Positions 39,731 through 53,236 of a DNA stretch of 64,000 nucleotides are shown in pieces. The DNA comes from Eledone cirrhosa. Taxonomy: Eukaryota. The position numbers were made by a program, and so were the translations under genes. Where the stretch lies: contig OZ024741.1 in assembly GCA_964016885.1 (NCBI GenBank), positions 297,848,001 through 297,912,000 on the forward strand, given 5' to 3'. Under the pieces are notes generated by a model. That model did not search any database. It was not told where the DNA came from and saw only the letters and a program-made list of their open reading frames with translations. The first letter of the stretch is position 1. The number at the start of each line of letters is the position of its first letter.

Positions 39731-42119
39731 AAGTTAGCGAAATTACATAGAATTTAACATACAAGTTATCTAGTCATAACTATAAAGTCACTAACTACTA
39801 GGTTGCCTTTGATCATATGTATGAGATGAAAGAATGGTATTTAACTAATGTAATGGTACACGGCGGACTGAATGGAGAAGGCGTTTCCCCGGAGGAAAAA
39901 CCACTCCAACTCGCGGGGCTCACACATATGGCTGGCCGTCTATGTTTGCTCAATTGTAAAGGAAAAGATAACTCCAATATTATTTGTTAAACTATTAATA
40001 TTAGATTTGATGAATAATTTTCTTAGAAAATGCGGAAAGTATGTAGAGAAAATTATATATTATTTTGTGTGAGATTATAAGGTATTTTATATTACATGTT
40101 TTCAAGGATGAGAATTTCAATTATATATGTATTTGGATATTATCTACGTCGAAAGATGTGTGAAAAGTTAGCAAATTAAAGAGAGGAAAAATATATTATT
40201 AGATAAGTCAAGAGTGCATTTAGAAGAACTATCGTAAAGATATCAGAATATCAATTAAAAAGTATCAATCTAAAAGAAAAAAAAAATTATTTAAGAAGAG
40301 TATCATTAGGAAAAGAATATCATTGGTAAAAATATTAATTTAAGAAAAAAAAAAAAAAGATCATTTAAAAAGATTTTTTAAAAAAACCTCACTAAACAAC
40401 ATAAGCAGTTTAAAGACATATAAGATGTAGTCAAGTGTAATGAATATTATAGATTAAAAGAACTTCGGAAAGTGGTTCTTTGGTGATGCCTGCAAGAACT
40501 GAATAATTCGCTTTTTAAATTAACAGAATTTTGACAGTTAAGTATATAAAAAATTTCCTCGATACACAAATGACAGATTCTTGAGAAAGCCATATTTCGG
40601 TATGCAGGTGCTTTTGAAATCGTTCCCCAAGATATTGAATAGTCTATATTATTGTCCTTTAAATGCCAAATTAGATGTGAAAGTGAAGTGGAAGATTTTT
40701 TATTAAATGTATGTTTGTGATTATATACTACCGTTCTTTGAATTTTGTAGAAGTGGCACCTATATAGTTAAATATTTTGTCTCTAGATTTTACTGTGCAT
40801 TTATATATTAAGTTTTTGTCTAAGCAATTGTTTTGTAAAGGGCAGTTTGATTCAATTCTACAGTTACATTTTTGGGAGTTGTTGTTACTAGAAACAGTAC
40901 TATTAGTATAAATATTGTTATTAGAAATATTATTATTGTTATCTTGATTTGTTTGGTTAGGGTTTAAATTTAAGTTTCTATCATTAATTCTATTTATATT
41001 TTGTGCTATGTTCATAGTAGTAGAGTAAGGTAGTTTTATAGTGTGTCTGTTAAAAATAGAGTGGTATATGTGGGCTTTGGGGAAACACTTATCCAGTGCT
41101 TTGAAAAATAGTTTTGCTACAGGTGTTTTAACACCTAATGAGAATGGGGGAGAGTACCAAATAATATTTCTAGTTCTAGTTTTTTTGTTTGGTTTACTAC
41201 TTAAGTTGAATTGCTTATTATTATTATAATTAATTTTAGGATGATTTAGCATGTTATTGTTATCTAAGTATTTAATTTTATTCGAGTATCCAGCTCTGTG
41301 TAAAGCCTCATTGTAATATTCTGCCTTGTTATAAAAAATATTTTTATTAGCCGAGATGCGTGAAATTCGTTGCTGGACACTATTGACAATAGTATTTTTT
41401 TTATATTTCTAGGATGATTAGAATTGAAACTTACGTAATTTAGATTTTCATTAATTTTATGGAAAGGATAATAAAAGACCTGAGCTAAGGTTTAAAGTTA
41501 CATCTAAGAAGTTAACAATTTTATAATTATTCTTGATTTCTAAATTAAGGTTGTTGTTTGTTTGTTTTTAGATTGATACTTTTTAATTGATATTCTGAAA
41601 TATATCCTCTTTACGATAGTTCTTCTAAATGCACTCTTGACTTATCTAATAATATATTTTTCCTCTCTTTAATTTTCAAACTTTTCACACATCTTTCAAC
41701 GTAGATAATATCCAAATACATATATAATTGAAATTCTTTCCTTGAAAACATGTAATATAAAATACCTTATAATCTCACACAAAATAATATATAATTTTCT
41801 CTACATACTTTCCGCATTTTCTAAGAAAATTATTCACCAATTCTAATATTAATAGTTTAACAAAGAATATTGGAGTTATCTTTTCCTTTATAATTGAGCA
41901 AACATAGACATAACTTGTATGTTAAATTCTATGTAATTTCGCTAACTTAATAATGTTCTGTAAATATTTTCAATTTTTGATGAAACTATTTGAATTTACA
42001 AATGTTCTTCTCTTAAAATTTAAACTACGTCTTTTTCTTAAATATATATTTAAAAAGCAAAATCAACGTCCTTCGTAACTCATATTAGAAATGTAAACAA
42101 ATTAATACGCGTGTTATAT

Positions 42120-43446
42120 ATAATAATAATAATAATAATGAAATTATTGTGTACAGTGCTCAGGTGCACTACAACTCATCAAAGGTGCATGTATAGTACA
42201 TAGAATAATGTACAAATGTCAGGAAAATAAACAGTGTATGAGTCATGATATAATAACAATAACAATAATGAAATATTGTGCAGTGCCCAGGTGCACCACA
42301 ACCCATCAAAAAAGTGCATGTACAGTACATAGGGCAATGCACAAACATCAGTAAAATGAACAGTGCACGAGTCATGATACACACATGTGTGCATGTGTAT
42401 GGAAGGGGCACATCAGGTGTAGTTTTGGCGTATTTCGGGAAGCATGAGTGTCTTAAAGGATGCAGTGTCTCGGCAGCTAACAATTGACGCAGGCAGTTTG
42501 TTCCATGCTTCAGCAACTCTGAGCGTGAAAAAATGTCTGCGAAAGTCATGGGAGCTGTGCTGTTTTCTTATCTTGTAGGCATGTCCATGTGTGTTAGACA
42601 CATGGAGATCAAAGAGGCGCTCAGGGTTGCAGTTGGCGAGATGGTTAAAAAATTTGTGGGTATTCACCAAGTCCATTGCCAGACGTCGGAGCTTCAATGA
42701 ATCCATGCCCAGGGAAGCAAGGCGTTCAGAGTATGATAGGTGTCTGATGGAGGGTATGCGCTTGGTTGCACGTCTCTGAACAGTTTCCAGGAGGTCAATG
42801 TTCCGAGCAAGATAGGGGTTCCAGACTGATGATGCGAATTTCAAGTGTGGTCGCACCATAGCTGTATACAGTTTTAAATAGATGGCTGGAGAGCGGCTAA
42901 CAAAGGTCTTGCTGAGTGATGCCAAGACACCCTCGGCCTTCTTGACAATCTTAGAGACATGCTTTGTCCAACGCAAATCGTTGCTGACAGTAATGCCCAG
43001 GTCACGTTCACAAGAGGACTTTTTGATGTCAGTGTTGTGGAGGGAGTATGTGGACGCTGGATTTTTCCTTCCAAAATGCATGGTGGTACACTTGTCCACA
43101 GCCAGCTTCAGTTGCCAGTCTGTGATCCATTGCTGCATTGTGTCCAGGTCTGATTGTAGGAAAGAGTTGTAAATTTCAGGATCAGTCCTTTTGATTTCAA
43201 GGTACAGCTTGATGTCATCTGCATATTTTAGTACCGTGGCATTCTGTAAGTTGGCATCTATGTCATTAATATATGCCACAAACAAAAGAGGACCAAGAAC
43301 AGATCCCTGTGGTACACCAGATGACATCTCATATGGTGAAGAATGCTGTCCTAGAACCGTGACTACTTCCTTTCGGCTGAGAATGAAGGATTTCAGCCAG
43401 TCGAAAAGATCATCCCTCACACCCATTGCAGAGAGTTTTGCCATAA
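42120..43446 (-). mobile_element. 5'-truncated copy of the CR1-like LINE, inserted in the right arm of the PLE
   Basis: ORF 42413..43444 is almost identical to the C-terminal half of 31151..33169; (ATT)n tail; the empty site is visible at ~39410-39420. Confidence 0.95.
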
Positions 43447-43987
43447 GTCTTTATATCTATATAATCACCAATAATATTTATATTTATACACTTATTAATC
43501 TACATAGATATTCATATACTTACAACTTGTAATATAATAAGATAAAATGTACTTACAACCATAATTCTTCATATAATCTAATTGTAATGATTATATATAT
43601 AATATTATAACTCATGATTTAGCTAAATATTTTTTAAATTCTGGATTGATATTCCACCACTTCAACAAACTTTTAATTTTTAACGTTTCAATTTTTTTAA
43701 ATTCACGTACACCGTAGTAATATAAATACAAGCTTTTCTTTCTTTCTTTTTTCTATATATACATATATATATCCTAATAATTATTTAAATCTACCTAGCG
43801 TCTAAAAATAACGTTTTTTTTTTGCAGCCCTACGCCTCAACCTCATTTGCATATTCATCAAAATAATTTGAAATATTTGTTTTTTCCTTTCTTCCCCTTT
43901 TTCCCTCTTTCCGTTCACTATCCAGGTGAAACTTGAACCGTTAAGGTCTCATTCTTGGATATGTCAATATTTATAAAACAAACTTTG

Positions 43988-44048
43988 TATTTTATCTGAT
44001 GAGAGCGTATCAAAGTTTTGGTACCCTTGAAATATATATAATAGAATA
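43988..44048 (+). ncRNA. Type I hammerhead ribozyme
   Basis: TATTTTAT-CTGATGA-GAGCGTATCAAA...TTTGGTACCCTT-GAAA-TATATA-TA-ATAGAATA; 8-bp stem I. Confidence 0.82.
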
Positions 44049-44784
44049 AATATGGTTTTATAAATATATATATATATATACTATATATATATATATATAT
44101 ATATAGTAATAATAATGTTTAGACTAAAATCCGAAGAGGGCTCGATAGGGATAATATCAAGAAGCAGTTGGATCCTTTGATGATCTATGGCATATGGTGT
44201 AATTCTTTTTAACACTTTCATTACCTAAAAGCAGCGATTTTTTGCTTAAACCTTAATCTGTTATTTTAATATATATATATATATATATGAAATGATAAAA
44301 GCTGACCTTGCTCAATAAGTGATGACACAGGATAGAGGTCTTTGGTGTTATGCAGTAATACAGAAGACATGCCTTCCCATGTGTACAGGTTGAAGCATAC
44401 ATCTATTATACACCACTTAACCCCTATCCTCCCTTCTCTCATGCCTTTACGTCCCTCACCCCATTCCACATTGTACAGTGTTCATTTTGGTGCCATGACA
44501 AAAAGCACCCAGCCCACACTGTAAAGTGGTCATTACAGTGCCACAATAAAAGACACCCAGTCCATACTGTAAAGTGGTCGTATAGGTGTCATGATAAAAA
44601 GCACCCAGTACACACTGTAAATGTGATTGGTGTTAAGAAGGGTAGCCACCCATAGAAACCAAGCCAGAAACAGTTCTGTATGAGCAAGACATGGTCACCT
44701 GACTTGACTTGCCTCACATGGGACAATTCGTCTAACCCATGCTAGCGTGAAAAATAGACATTAAATAATGATGATGATGATACA

Positions 44785-45495
44785 TCATCATCATTTTTAT
44801 GTTCGTTTTTCCACACTTACATGGGTTGGATGGGTCCTTCTCAGCACAGCATCTCTCCACTCACCACGTTTCTACATCGTCTCCTCTGTGACTCTTAACA
44901 ATTTGAGGTCAGCTCTCACCACCTCTGCCCAGGTCTGTCTTGGTCTAAATCTACTGTGGCTTCCTTCCACTGGCATTTCCTGGCACTTTTTCACTCATTG
45001 ATCCATGCACATTACATGTCCATACCAATGCAGTCTTCTTTCATGCACACTGCCTCAGACTCCTCTTAAACTCAACTTCGCCCTCAACTCGTCCAAGCTC
45101 TGCCTTTCTCTCACATTTACATTACACATCCAACGAAGCATGGCTACTTCATTTATCTCCAGTCGATGCATGTCTTCTGCAGTCACTGCCCATATTTCAC
45201 TACCATGCAGCATTGCATTTCACACAGGCATCATACAGTCATCCTTTTGTATGTAGGGAGAACCCTTTTGTTGTCAACAGTGGAAGTAGTTCTCTAAACT
45301 ATCCTTATTCTAGCTATTATGCTCTCAGAGCATCTTCCTCTGCTGTTAATTAAGTCACCTAGATAGCAAAATCTATCAACCATTTCTGTGATGGTCTTCC
45401 CTTGATTACTCCTGTGCATCTTCTTCATACAAAGTCTTCCTTTCCTGTTAGTCTACCCGTTATCCTACTACATCTCTTGTGTACACAAGATTTAC
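44785..45495 (-). pseudogene. Degraded RTE 3' fragment
   Basis: Similar to the C-terminus of 23477-24250, with a (TGA)n tail. A related plus-strand piece lies at 46080-46370. Confidence 0.75.
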
Positions 45496-45936
45496 ATTGT
45501 GTACATGTTATGGAGTTTATTTATATATAATACACATACACAAACACATATGGTTCCATATATACATATATATGCACATATACATTTACATAAATATGCA
45601 TATAAATGTATATATATATATATATATATATATATTCAGAGATCTAAAGAATTTGTTAATAGATGTTTTAAGACAAGCGTAAATGATCAGCTTAAAGGGG
45701 ATGATTTATGAGAGGTCGTGTTTTTGCCTTTCCTTTAAAGTTTTTTACAATACAGTTGTGAATTTGGAAATGCTTTAGGAATATAGATTCCATTTACCTA
45801 CTGAAATTTTAATGCTATTCTACATTGTTCATCATAGAACAATAATAATTTTAATAATAATGGTGGTTGGTATAATGAGATAATAAACAAATTGAAACTA
45901 AGAGCTTTGGACTATTTGTTGTTCTCTTTTGTAGTT

Positions 45937-46030
<94 letters not shown>

Positions 46031-46953
46031 CACATACATGAATTTGAAAATACACGTATCAATCAGTATATTATATAAGAGGAATCTGAGGTGCTGCGCA
46101 GGAGAGAAGAGACTATGTTGGTACGGACATGTGATGTGCATGGATGATGATTGATGGGCAAAGAAGTGCCAGGAAATGCCACTGGGAGGAAGCCCCAGTA
46201 GAGGTAGACCAAGAACACCTGGGCAGAAATGGTGAGAGCTGACCTCAAATCACTGAGACTCATGAAGGAGATGACAAAGAAATGCAGTGAGTGTAGAGAT
46301 GCTGTACTGAAAAGGACCTGTCCACCCCATGCAAGCATGGAAAAACGGACGTAAAAATGTTGATGATGATGTGTGTGTGTGTGTGTGTGTATAGCAAAAT
46401 CTGCAGTCATCGCCTTTGAGATATACATAGGTTCGATCCCTTCTGACTGCACTGCTAGTTCATCTGGGATCACAGTCTAGCAAAGTTGTCAAATGTTATC
46501 CTGGAATGTTTTACAAGATGAAAACAAAACTTAGGTAAAATTACATGGTAAGGATAACATACATATAGAATTAAATGCATTACATTCAAGTCAAACAATA
46601 TGTGAGATAAAAATAAACACAGAGAGAGTGATATACAGAAAAGAAAAGGTGGACTGTTAGCAATAGTTACAACTGGATTGTTTTAAAAACACAGAGATGA
46701 AAGAACAAGATAATAGTCACATGATAGGAGAGAAGAATGCTCACAGTAAAAGAGTGCAACTCAACAAAAGAAGAGGGGGGAGCCACATGTATCACAGATA
46801 ATATTGATAATTGGCAACAGGTAAAAATATCTTTACAGTCATTAACTGTCAAAATGGACCAACCTCTACTGACAGTACTGCTGATCCATCCAGAGTCATA
46901 GCATCTAACAAGGTAGTTGAATGCTGTCCTGGAGTATTTTATAAGATGAAGGG

Positions 46954-46996
<43 letters not shown>

Positions 46997-47084
46997 TGTA
47001 TAACAAAACGATCCTGCTGCTATCATTCAGTATTAACGTAGTCAAATCCTGTCCTGGGGTGTTTTGCAAGATGAAGGATATATA

Positions 47085-47695
47085 TGTGTGCGTGTGCTGT
47101 ACACCATCTTGCATACTGTCTTTGTATTACAGATTTCACAGATTTGTAGACTTGTGTCAAACAGCTGTTATCATATGTCAGATGCATCTGGATGTCAGCC
47201 AAACCTGAATTGAAAATCAAACTGTCACTTTTCTTTAGCAAGGAAGGACAGCAAGTTTTCCTCTGCATCATGGCTATGGTAAAAGAAACTATGTGATGAA
47301 CAGTAAAAGATTTGAAAACAAGAACTTCCCTTTCTAGCCAAGCCCTCATTAACTTCTTCAAGTAGCACTTGAAGAGAAAAGTGAGTCTGAAGAGAGAAGT
47401 TTGGTATTTTAGAGGGCTTCATGAAAAGTGAGTGAGAGTGGTGCAATTAATGGGGCTGAATAGGCCAACTCTGACTATGCTTTTCCAGATAGGTGGAAAA
47501 GAAACTAAAGTAATATAGAGTAATCTGAAACTTTCTATGGGATTTTCACTCCAAATTACCCAAGGTAATTCCCTTTTAAGGAATTTTTCTTGTTGGAAAT
47601 TTATTGTTTTTGTTGATTTAGACTTTTTTACTCAATGTAAGCCCAACATCATTCATGTTTGAGTTCACAGAGGCTTGTGGCCAATAAAAGAAACC
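47085..47695 (+). pseudogene. Degraded L1/Tx1 3' end
   Basis: Reads EGQQVFLCIMAMVKE..ALINFFK*HLKRKV, matching ORFs 27..431 and 57768..58115; ends gtggccaataaa. Confidence 0.7.
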
Positions 47696-48249
47696 ACCAT
47701 CACCACAACCATCATCATCATCATCCTTGTTATCATCATCGTCAGTGCGTTGGGTAAGTGCTTAAGAGTATTTATTCCAGCATTTTATATTCTGAATTCA
47801 AATTCCACCGAGGTTAGTTTTGCCTTTCATCTTTACAGTGTAGATAAAATAAAGTACCAGAAATAAACTGGGGTTGATTTAATCGACTTTCCCCTCCCCT
47901 TCAAATTGCTGGCCTTGTGCCTAAAGTACAAACAATTATGAGCCCTGTGTGGCTAATAAAGAAATCATTATTATTATGTTTGTGCCTATTTTGAGTTCCA
48001 GCAGAAAGCGAGGTAGAGGGGTGCATTACCTTGACAAGGGCCGATAAGCCAGAAAAGCTGTCAGTAATTTCCCCTTGCTTCTGCCGGAACTTGCTAGGGG
48101 CGCTCTGCCACCACCTTTTAAAATTCATAGCTAAAAGCTTTCAAATGTTTATCCGTAAACATATCATATATCATTCGATATACAAACTTTACACACATAT
48201 ATGTATACAGCTATGTTGGAGCAAATACCTTAATTCTATCATTATTTAT

Positions 48250-48475
48250 CGCTGAGGTTAACTTTGCCTTTCAACCTTACGGGGTCGATAAAATAAAGTA
48301 CCAGTAATGCACTGGGAAATTGCTGGCCTTGTGCCAAAAGTAGAAACAATTATTTATATATCTAAAACCCGCCGAGGTTAACTTTGCCTTTCATCCTTAC
48401 GGGGTCGATAAAATAAAGTACCAGTAATACACTGATATAATTGCTGGCCTTGTGCCAAAAAGTAGAAATAATTAT
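48250..48475 (+). mobile_element. Two tandem 5'-truncated SINE A copies
   Basis: attatttatatatctaaaac is duplicated at 48349-48368 and 48471-48490. Confidence 0.88.
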
Positions 48476-48477
48476 TT

Positions 48478-48890
48478 ATATATCTAAAACAGAGAATGTC
48501 TGTCGGTCTGTCTGACTCCCTAAAACTCGAGAACGACTCAACCGATTGTTTTCGAACTTTACACATGTAATACTTATGGTCCTGTGAGTGTTTCAATGCC
48601 CTAGGCACTGCATTAGTCGACTTAGCGATCTCTCTATAATTCTTAGTCTTTTTTTTCGATAGATACATAGATATAACGTCGCGCCTTTATATATATCTGT
48701 CTGTATATCTGGCTGTCTGCATTACGACATTATGACGCTGTGTGTGTGTATATATATGTATATATAGTGTTAGTGTGTGCATATATATATAGTGTGTAAC
48801 GTTTTTCGAAATATTTACTTCTGCGTTCAGATTGATTTTTTTAGTTTCAGAAGATTCCGTTAAGGGTGAAAGCAGCGATTCTTTGATTAA
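48478..48890 (-). mobile_element. Partial Helentron/HINE-like element
   Basis: Reverse-complement match to 60075-60512. Confidence 0.65.
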
Positions 48891-49096
48891 ACTTTAAATT
48901 GCTGGCCTTGTGCCAAAAGTAGAAACAATTATTATGGTTGACTTTGCCTTTCATCCTTACGTGGTCGATAAAATAAAGTACCAGTAATGCACTAGGTAAT
49001 TGCTGGCCTTGTACCTAAAGTAGAAACAATTATTTTAATGTAATAAAGAAGCAAAAATTCTGTCATCCTGAAGTTTTTTTTTTATAATTGATTTAA

Positions 49097-49299
49097 TTAT
49101 TTCTCTTGCAAATTATAAGATTCTTTTTTCAATTTTTTGATATATTTCTTTGACTTCTTGATAAAGCCAACATCTTCCAGTTTATTATTCAATAATTGTT
49201 CAGATTCTTTTAACTTTTCTTCAATTGAGAATTTCAGTTCATCGATTTTATCTTGCAAAAATCCTGTGATTAATTTTTTCAAATATTTCATAGCTTTTT
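49097..49299 (-). CDS. CFAP119: CFAP119-like, last coding exon
   Basis: ttctag acceptor, phase 1; (E)KAMKYLKKLITGFLQDKIDELK...QEK* (coiled coil). Confidence 0.7.
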
Positions 49300-49480
49300 C
49301 TAGAATGTGTATGAGAAAGAGAGACAAAGTTTAAATGATGAAATGTAAATGTTAAGAAAAGAAATAATCATTTAACTAAATGATTTAACATTTGTCTATA
49401 CCATTTTCTAATGCGCATGAAGTCAATCTGACTTGACATACAACTGATTGGTAAGTAATTTAAAGTATTTGCCCACAAAC

Positions 49481-49576
49481 CTTTTTCATGAATCCCAGAC
49501 AATACTGCTTCTTGTGAATCTTCAGTTCCACTTGCTACTTGCTCATCTTTTTCAAGACTAATTTCAGTATCTTGAT
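49481..49576 (-). CDS. CFAP119: CFAP119-like exon (acidic linker)
   Basis: tttcag acceptor and gtttgt donor, 96 nt, phase 1-1; (D)QDTEISLEKDEQVASGTEDSQEAVLSGIHEK. Confidence 0.65.
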
Positions 49577-49747
49577 CTGAAACAGAAAAGAGAAATCAAA
49601 ATTAATTTTGCAGGAAAACAACTTTAAAGCGGGTTCATATATATTTTCTCATTTTGGCTTTTACTAATTTATGCTTGTTTTATATTTTCTTATAATCTGA
49701 CACTCACTATTGCCATATTCCAGAAGGAATAGTTTGATCTAATAGTA

Positions 49748-49965
49748 ATTGATTCTGATTTAGGCACAAGGCCAGCAATTTTTTTTTTGGGGGGGGGGGG
49801 TAAATCGACCCCAGTGCCTTACTGGTACTTTACTTTATCAACCTTCTAAGGATGAAAGGCAAAGCTAACCTCAGCAGGATTTGAACTCAGAACAGAAAGG
49901 GCTGTAACTCTATGACACAAAGCATATTGTCCAACACTCTACCGATTCTGCCAATCCATTGCCCT
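49748..49965 (-). mobile_element. SINE A variant in an intron
   Basis: Head and central domain match. Confidence 0.8.
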
Positions 49966-50381
49966 TTGATCTTATAGTAATTATACAAATGGTAGTTTGT
50001 TTACATAGGCACAAAATGGTAAACATATAATTTGGAAATATTTCTAATAGCAGTGAAATGTATTGACAGATTTCTAATTTCATATCTTAGCCACAATTGT
50101 AATCAATATCATTCAATAATCAACTAGTTGAAAGTAATATATTAAATCACAAACTCATAAGGTCAAACATCATATAATATTAAGTAAAAATATTGAGTAG
50201 AGACATGGCTGTGTGGTTAAAGATTTCATTTCTCAATCATCTGATACAAGTTGGATCTCACTATCTATAAATCACATCATTTGATGGTTAACTACTGCAA
50301 AGCTTTATGTACAAATATATAAATTTTTAGAATCAGCCAACAAATACTATTACTGGGAAGACATAAGCAATTGCCACTTAC

Positions 50382-50439
50382 CTTGGCTTATTTCAGAATC
50401 AGTTTCACCAACATAATGCAAAGTTAAATCAAGCCACAT
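50382..50439 (-). CDS. CFAP119: CFAP119-like exon
   Basis: cag / gtaagt, 58 nt, phase 0-1; MWLDLTLHYVGETDSEISQ (cf. VRLDLSLTY recalled from CFAP119). Confidence 0.8.
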
Positions 50440-50775
50440 CTGACATTCATAAAATGGTTAGTAATTCATATTTCAAAGAAATATATTCATAAATTATTGT
50501 ATGTAGAAATGCACATATAAATTATACATCAGACTAACATATAAAATATATATACTATATATTGTTATACTGTGATATATGTACATATGTGTGCAATTGT
50601 GTGTGCATTTTAAAACATATTTCACCGGAGGTGGGATGACCCCTGATGCAATACAATATGTATTGATGCAATTTAAGGTCATATTTCTTTAAAAAAAGGG
50701 TTATACAATGAAAATTTAAAAGACAGACAAAAGAATACAAGTGGTGAGACGTGAAAAAGTGAATATATATATATG

Positions 50776-51560
50776 TATTAGGTATTAAATTAACAATGAA
50801 GATAAAAACAACAAAGTCAAGTTACTTTACCTATTATTATCATTGTTTTACAATCGTTTCGGAGGGTTGATCATATTGACATATTGTATGGTCTATAGCA
50901 GTTATATAACTGTATACTATCAGACCTCATATATAGGTTTGATCAGACCGTCTTCTTTGGAAACAATGAAGTTAGAATTTTTATTGGTAGTATATAAACA
51001 AGGCAGATATAAAAATAGATATACCATATAAATACATGTTCAAGATTGCCCCCTTAGATTGATAGTAGCTGTGGGAGGAGAATAGAATGATTTCATTCAC
51101 AAATGTCATTTAAGGTCGCTAAGTGGGTGAATAGCAGTGCAAGGACAATGAATACGAAGATGGCTTGGAAGAGATGGAAGAGGCGGTAAGAGCAGAGGCG
51201 AAGAATAAGATGAAGGTGAAGAAGAAGATGGTGAAGAGGTAGAAGAAGATGATGATGAAGATGAGGATGAAGAAGAATGGTAAGAAGAGGAGGAAGAAGA
51301 AGACATAGAAGAAAAGGTACAGAAGAAAGAAGAGACATAGAGGGGGAAGAATGTATAGAGGGGAAAGAGAATAAGAAGACTTTGTTGTTTTTATCTTCAT
51401 TGTTAATTTAATACCTAATATCTGACTCTGTATCTAAAGAATTAACTCAGCGAAACACAGAACTTCTCTATGGATTTCACTGGATTACTCGCCATTGGAT
51501 TACATTGAGTTCTATCTACGGTACGGACCCTACCACCAGAAGTAGACCACACTGAAAAAA
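50776..51560. mobile_element. Intronic PLE-type module: 43-bp inverted repeats and a decayed HHR (50841-50968, minus)
   Basis: 50776-50818 / 51378-51420 are perfect inverted repeats. CATTGTTT-CCAAAGA-...-GAAA-CGATTG-TA-AAACAATG has a perfect 8-bp stem I. Confidence 0.65.
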
Positions 51561-51779
51561 AAATATATATATATATTATGTATATAAGTTAACTTGCAGG
51601 TCAGTTGAAACAGAGTGGACCTTCTGTTGGGATATCACCAATGACTATATATATATCATCATCATCGTTGTTACATCCACTTTTTTATGGTGGCATGGGT
51701 TGGACACGATGTTTTGAGGCAATGTCTTACAGCCAGGTCTCCTTTTCTGATGTAAACCCTTTTAATTGCCTATTACGAT

Positions 51780-52485
51780 AATCAGGAATGTAGTGTACCA
51801 ATTCTAAAAGCTGGGATATAGCTAAGAGAAAGACCCTATATTTAGTATTCATTCGTCTGGAAAAGGCCTTTGACAGAATCCCAGGCTCTGTAATTTAGAG
51901 GAATGGCTTGTGAGGGCTGTACAGATTATGTAGAGAAATGCAGCCAGAAATGAGTACAGTTATGAGTTTACTATGTAGATGCGAGGCTACCAAGTTCTTG
52001 GCATCCTCCTGTTCATTATAGTCCTCAAGGCCATAACAGAAGAATTCAAAACTGGTTGTCGATGGTGTCCTCTATATGCTGCTGATCTGATCTTCATTAA
52101 TGAAACAATAGGACAATTAGAAAAAGAGTTTCACAAAATCAGGAATCAAAGGACCTCAAAGTGAACCTGGCAAAGACTAAGGTTTTAGTAAGCAGGAAAG
52201 AGCAAGACTGCTACCATCAGGGGAAATAGCTATGCTCAATATGTAGAAAAGTAGTAGGTGAGAATTCCGTATAGTGTACCCTGTGGGCATACACAGCATA
52301 GTGGAATTACAGGTTGGCTGAGAGGGAGGGAAAATTTCACACATGACAGATGCAAATGAGTAATCAACAGTAAGGGTACACAAGAAAAAAAATCTTTCAA
52401 ATGTTCAGAAAGTTCACTGGAAGTGGTAGAAAGCTTCTGCTCTCTAGGTGATCTTGTTAGTAAAAGAGGTGGATATACCAAAAAT
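51780..52485 (+). pseudogene. Degraded RTE RT fragment
   Basis: LYLVFIRLEKAFDRIP, LLFIIVLKAITEEFKTG, LYAADL; similar to 24000-24760. Confidence 0.75.
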
Positions 52486-53026
52486 TGTGGTATATGCATA
52501 TGTATACATTTATATTTAATTATTATTATTAATCTTTGTGTACATGCCTGGGGTCGATGATGGATCAAGAATTCCATGAAGGGGTCGATGGTCTAAAGAG
52601 TTTGGCAACCCCTAACCAAGAGGCTCTGTTGTTGGCTCACTGACTTCTCTTGTCGACATATGTAATGTCATTACTAATGAAGTTGTTAAGGCTACAATTG
52701 CACAAGCCAAATAAACAACTGCTTATGTATTGACATAGTAGTGAATAGACTTTTCTCAGTTTTGACAATAAGTATTCCAGTTATTCAGTTAATGGAACAA
52801 CCTGCTCATAAAATTAACATGAAAGTGGCTGAGAATTCCACAGACATGTGTATACGATCTTATCCGCATAGGATAGTGAGAGTGAGAGAATGGAAGTAAG
52901 AAAGACATATAGAAGAAGAATCAACCCCAGTACCACTCTGGTACGTTTTTTCATCAACCTTGAATGGAAGAAAGGCAAAGTTGACTTCAGCAGGATTTGA
53001 ACTCAAAGAGCAGAGAGCCGAAATTA

Positions 53027-53236
<210 letters not shown>

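Larger units (their letters stand above)
38780..44070 (-). mobile_element. Naiad-like PLE, 5'-truncated, with >1 kb inverted terminal repeats
   Basis: Coding remnant ~40460-41560 (VNFLDVTL, IIWYSPPFS, CNCRIESNCPL, LIY..YIG, CHLC). 38805-40270 is inverted at 41572-44065. Each end has an HHR, and both ends abut (TA)n. Confidence 0.9.

Noticed and set aside
44130-44200. Possible HHR starting CCGAAGA
   Set aside because: No GAAA and no matching stem I found.
51093-51400. Ser-, His- or Phe-rich ORFs
   Set aside because: Degenerate (GAA/GAT)n low-complexity sequence.
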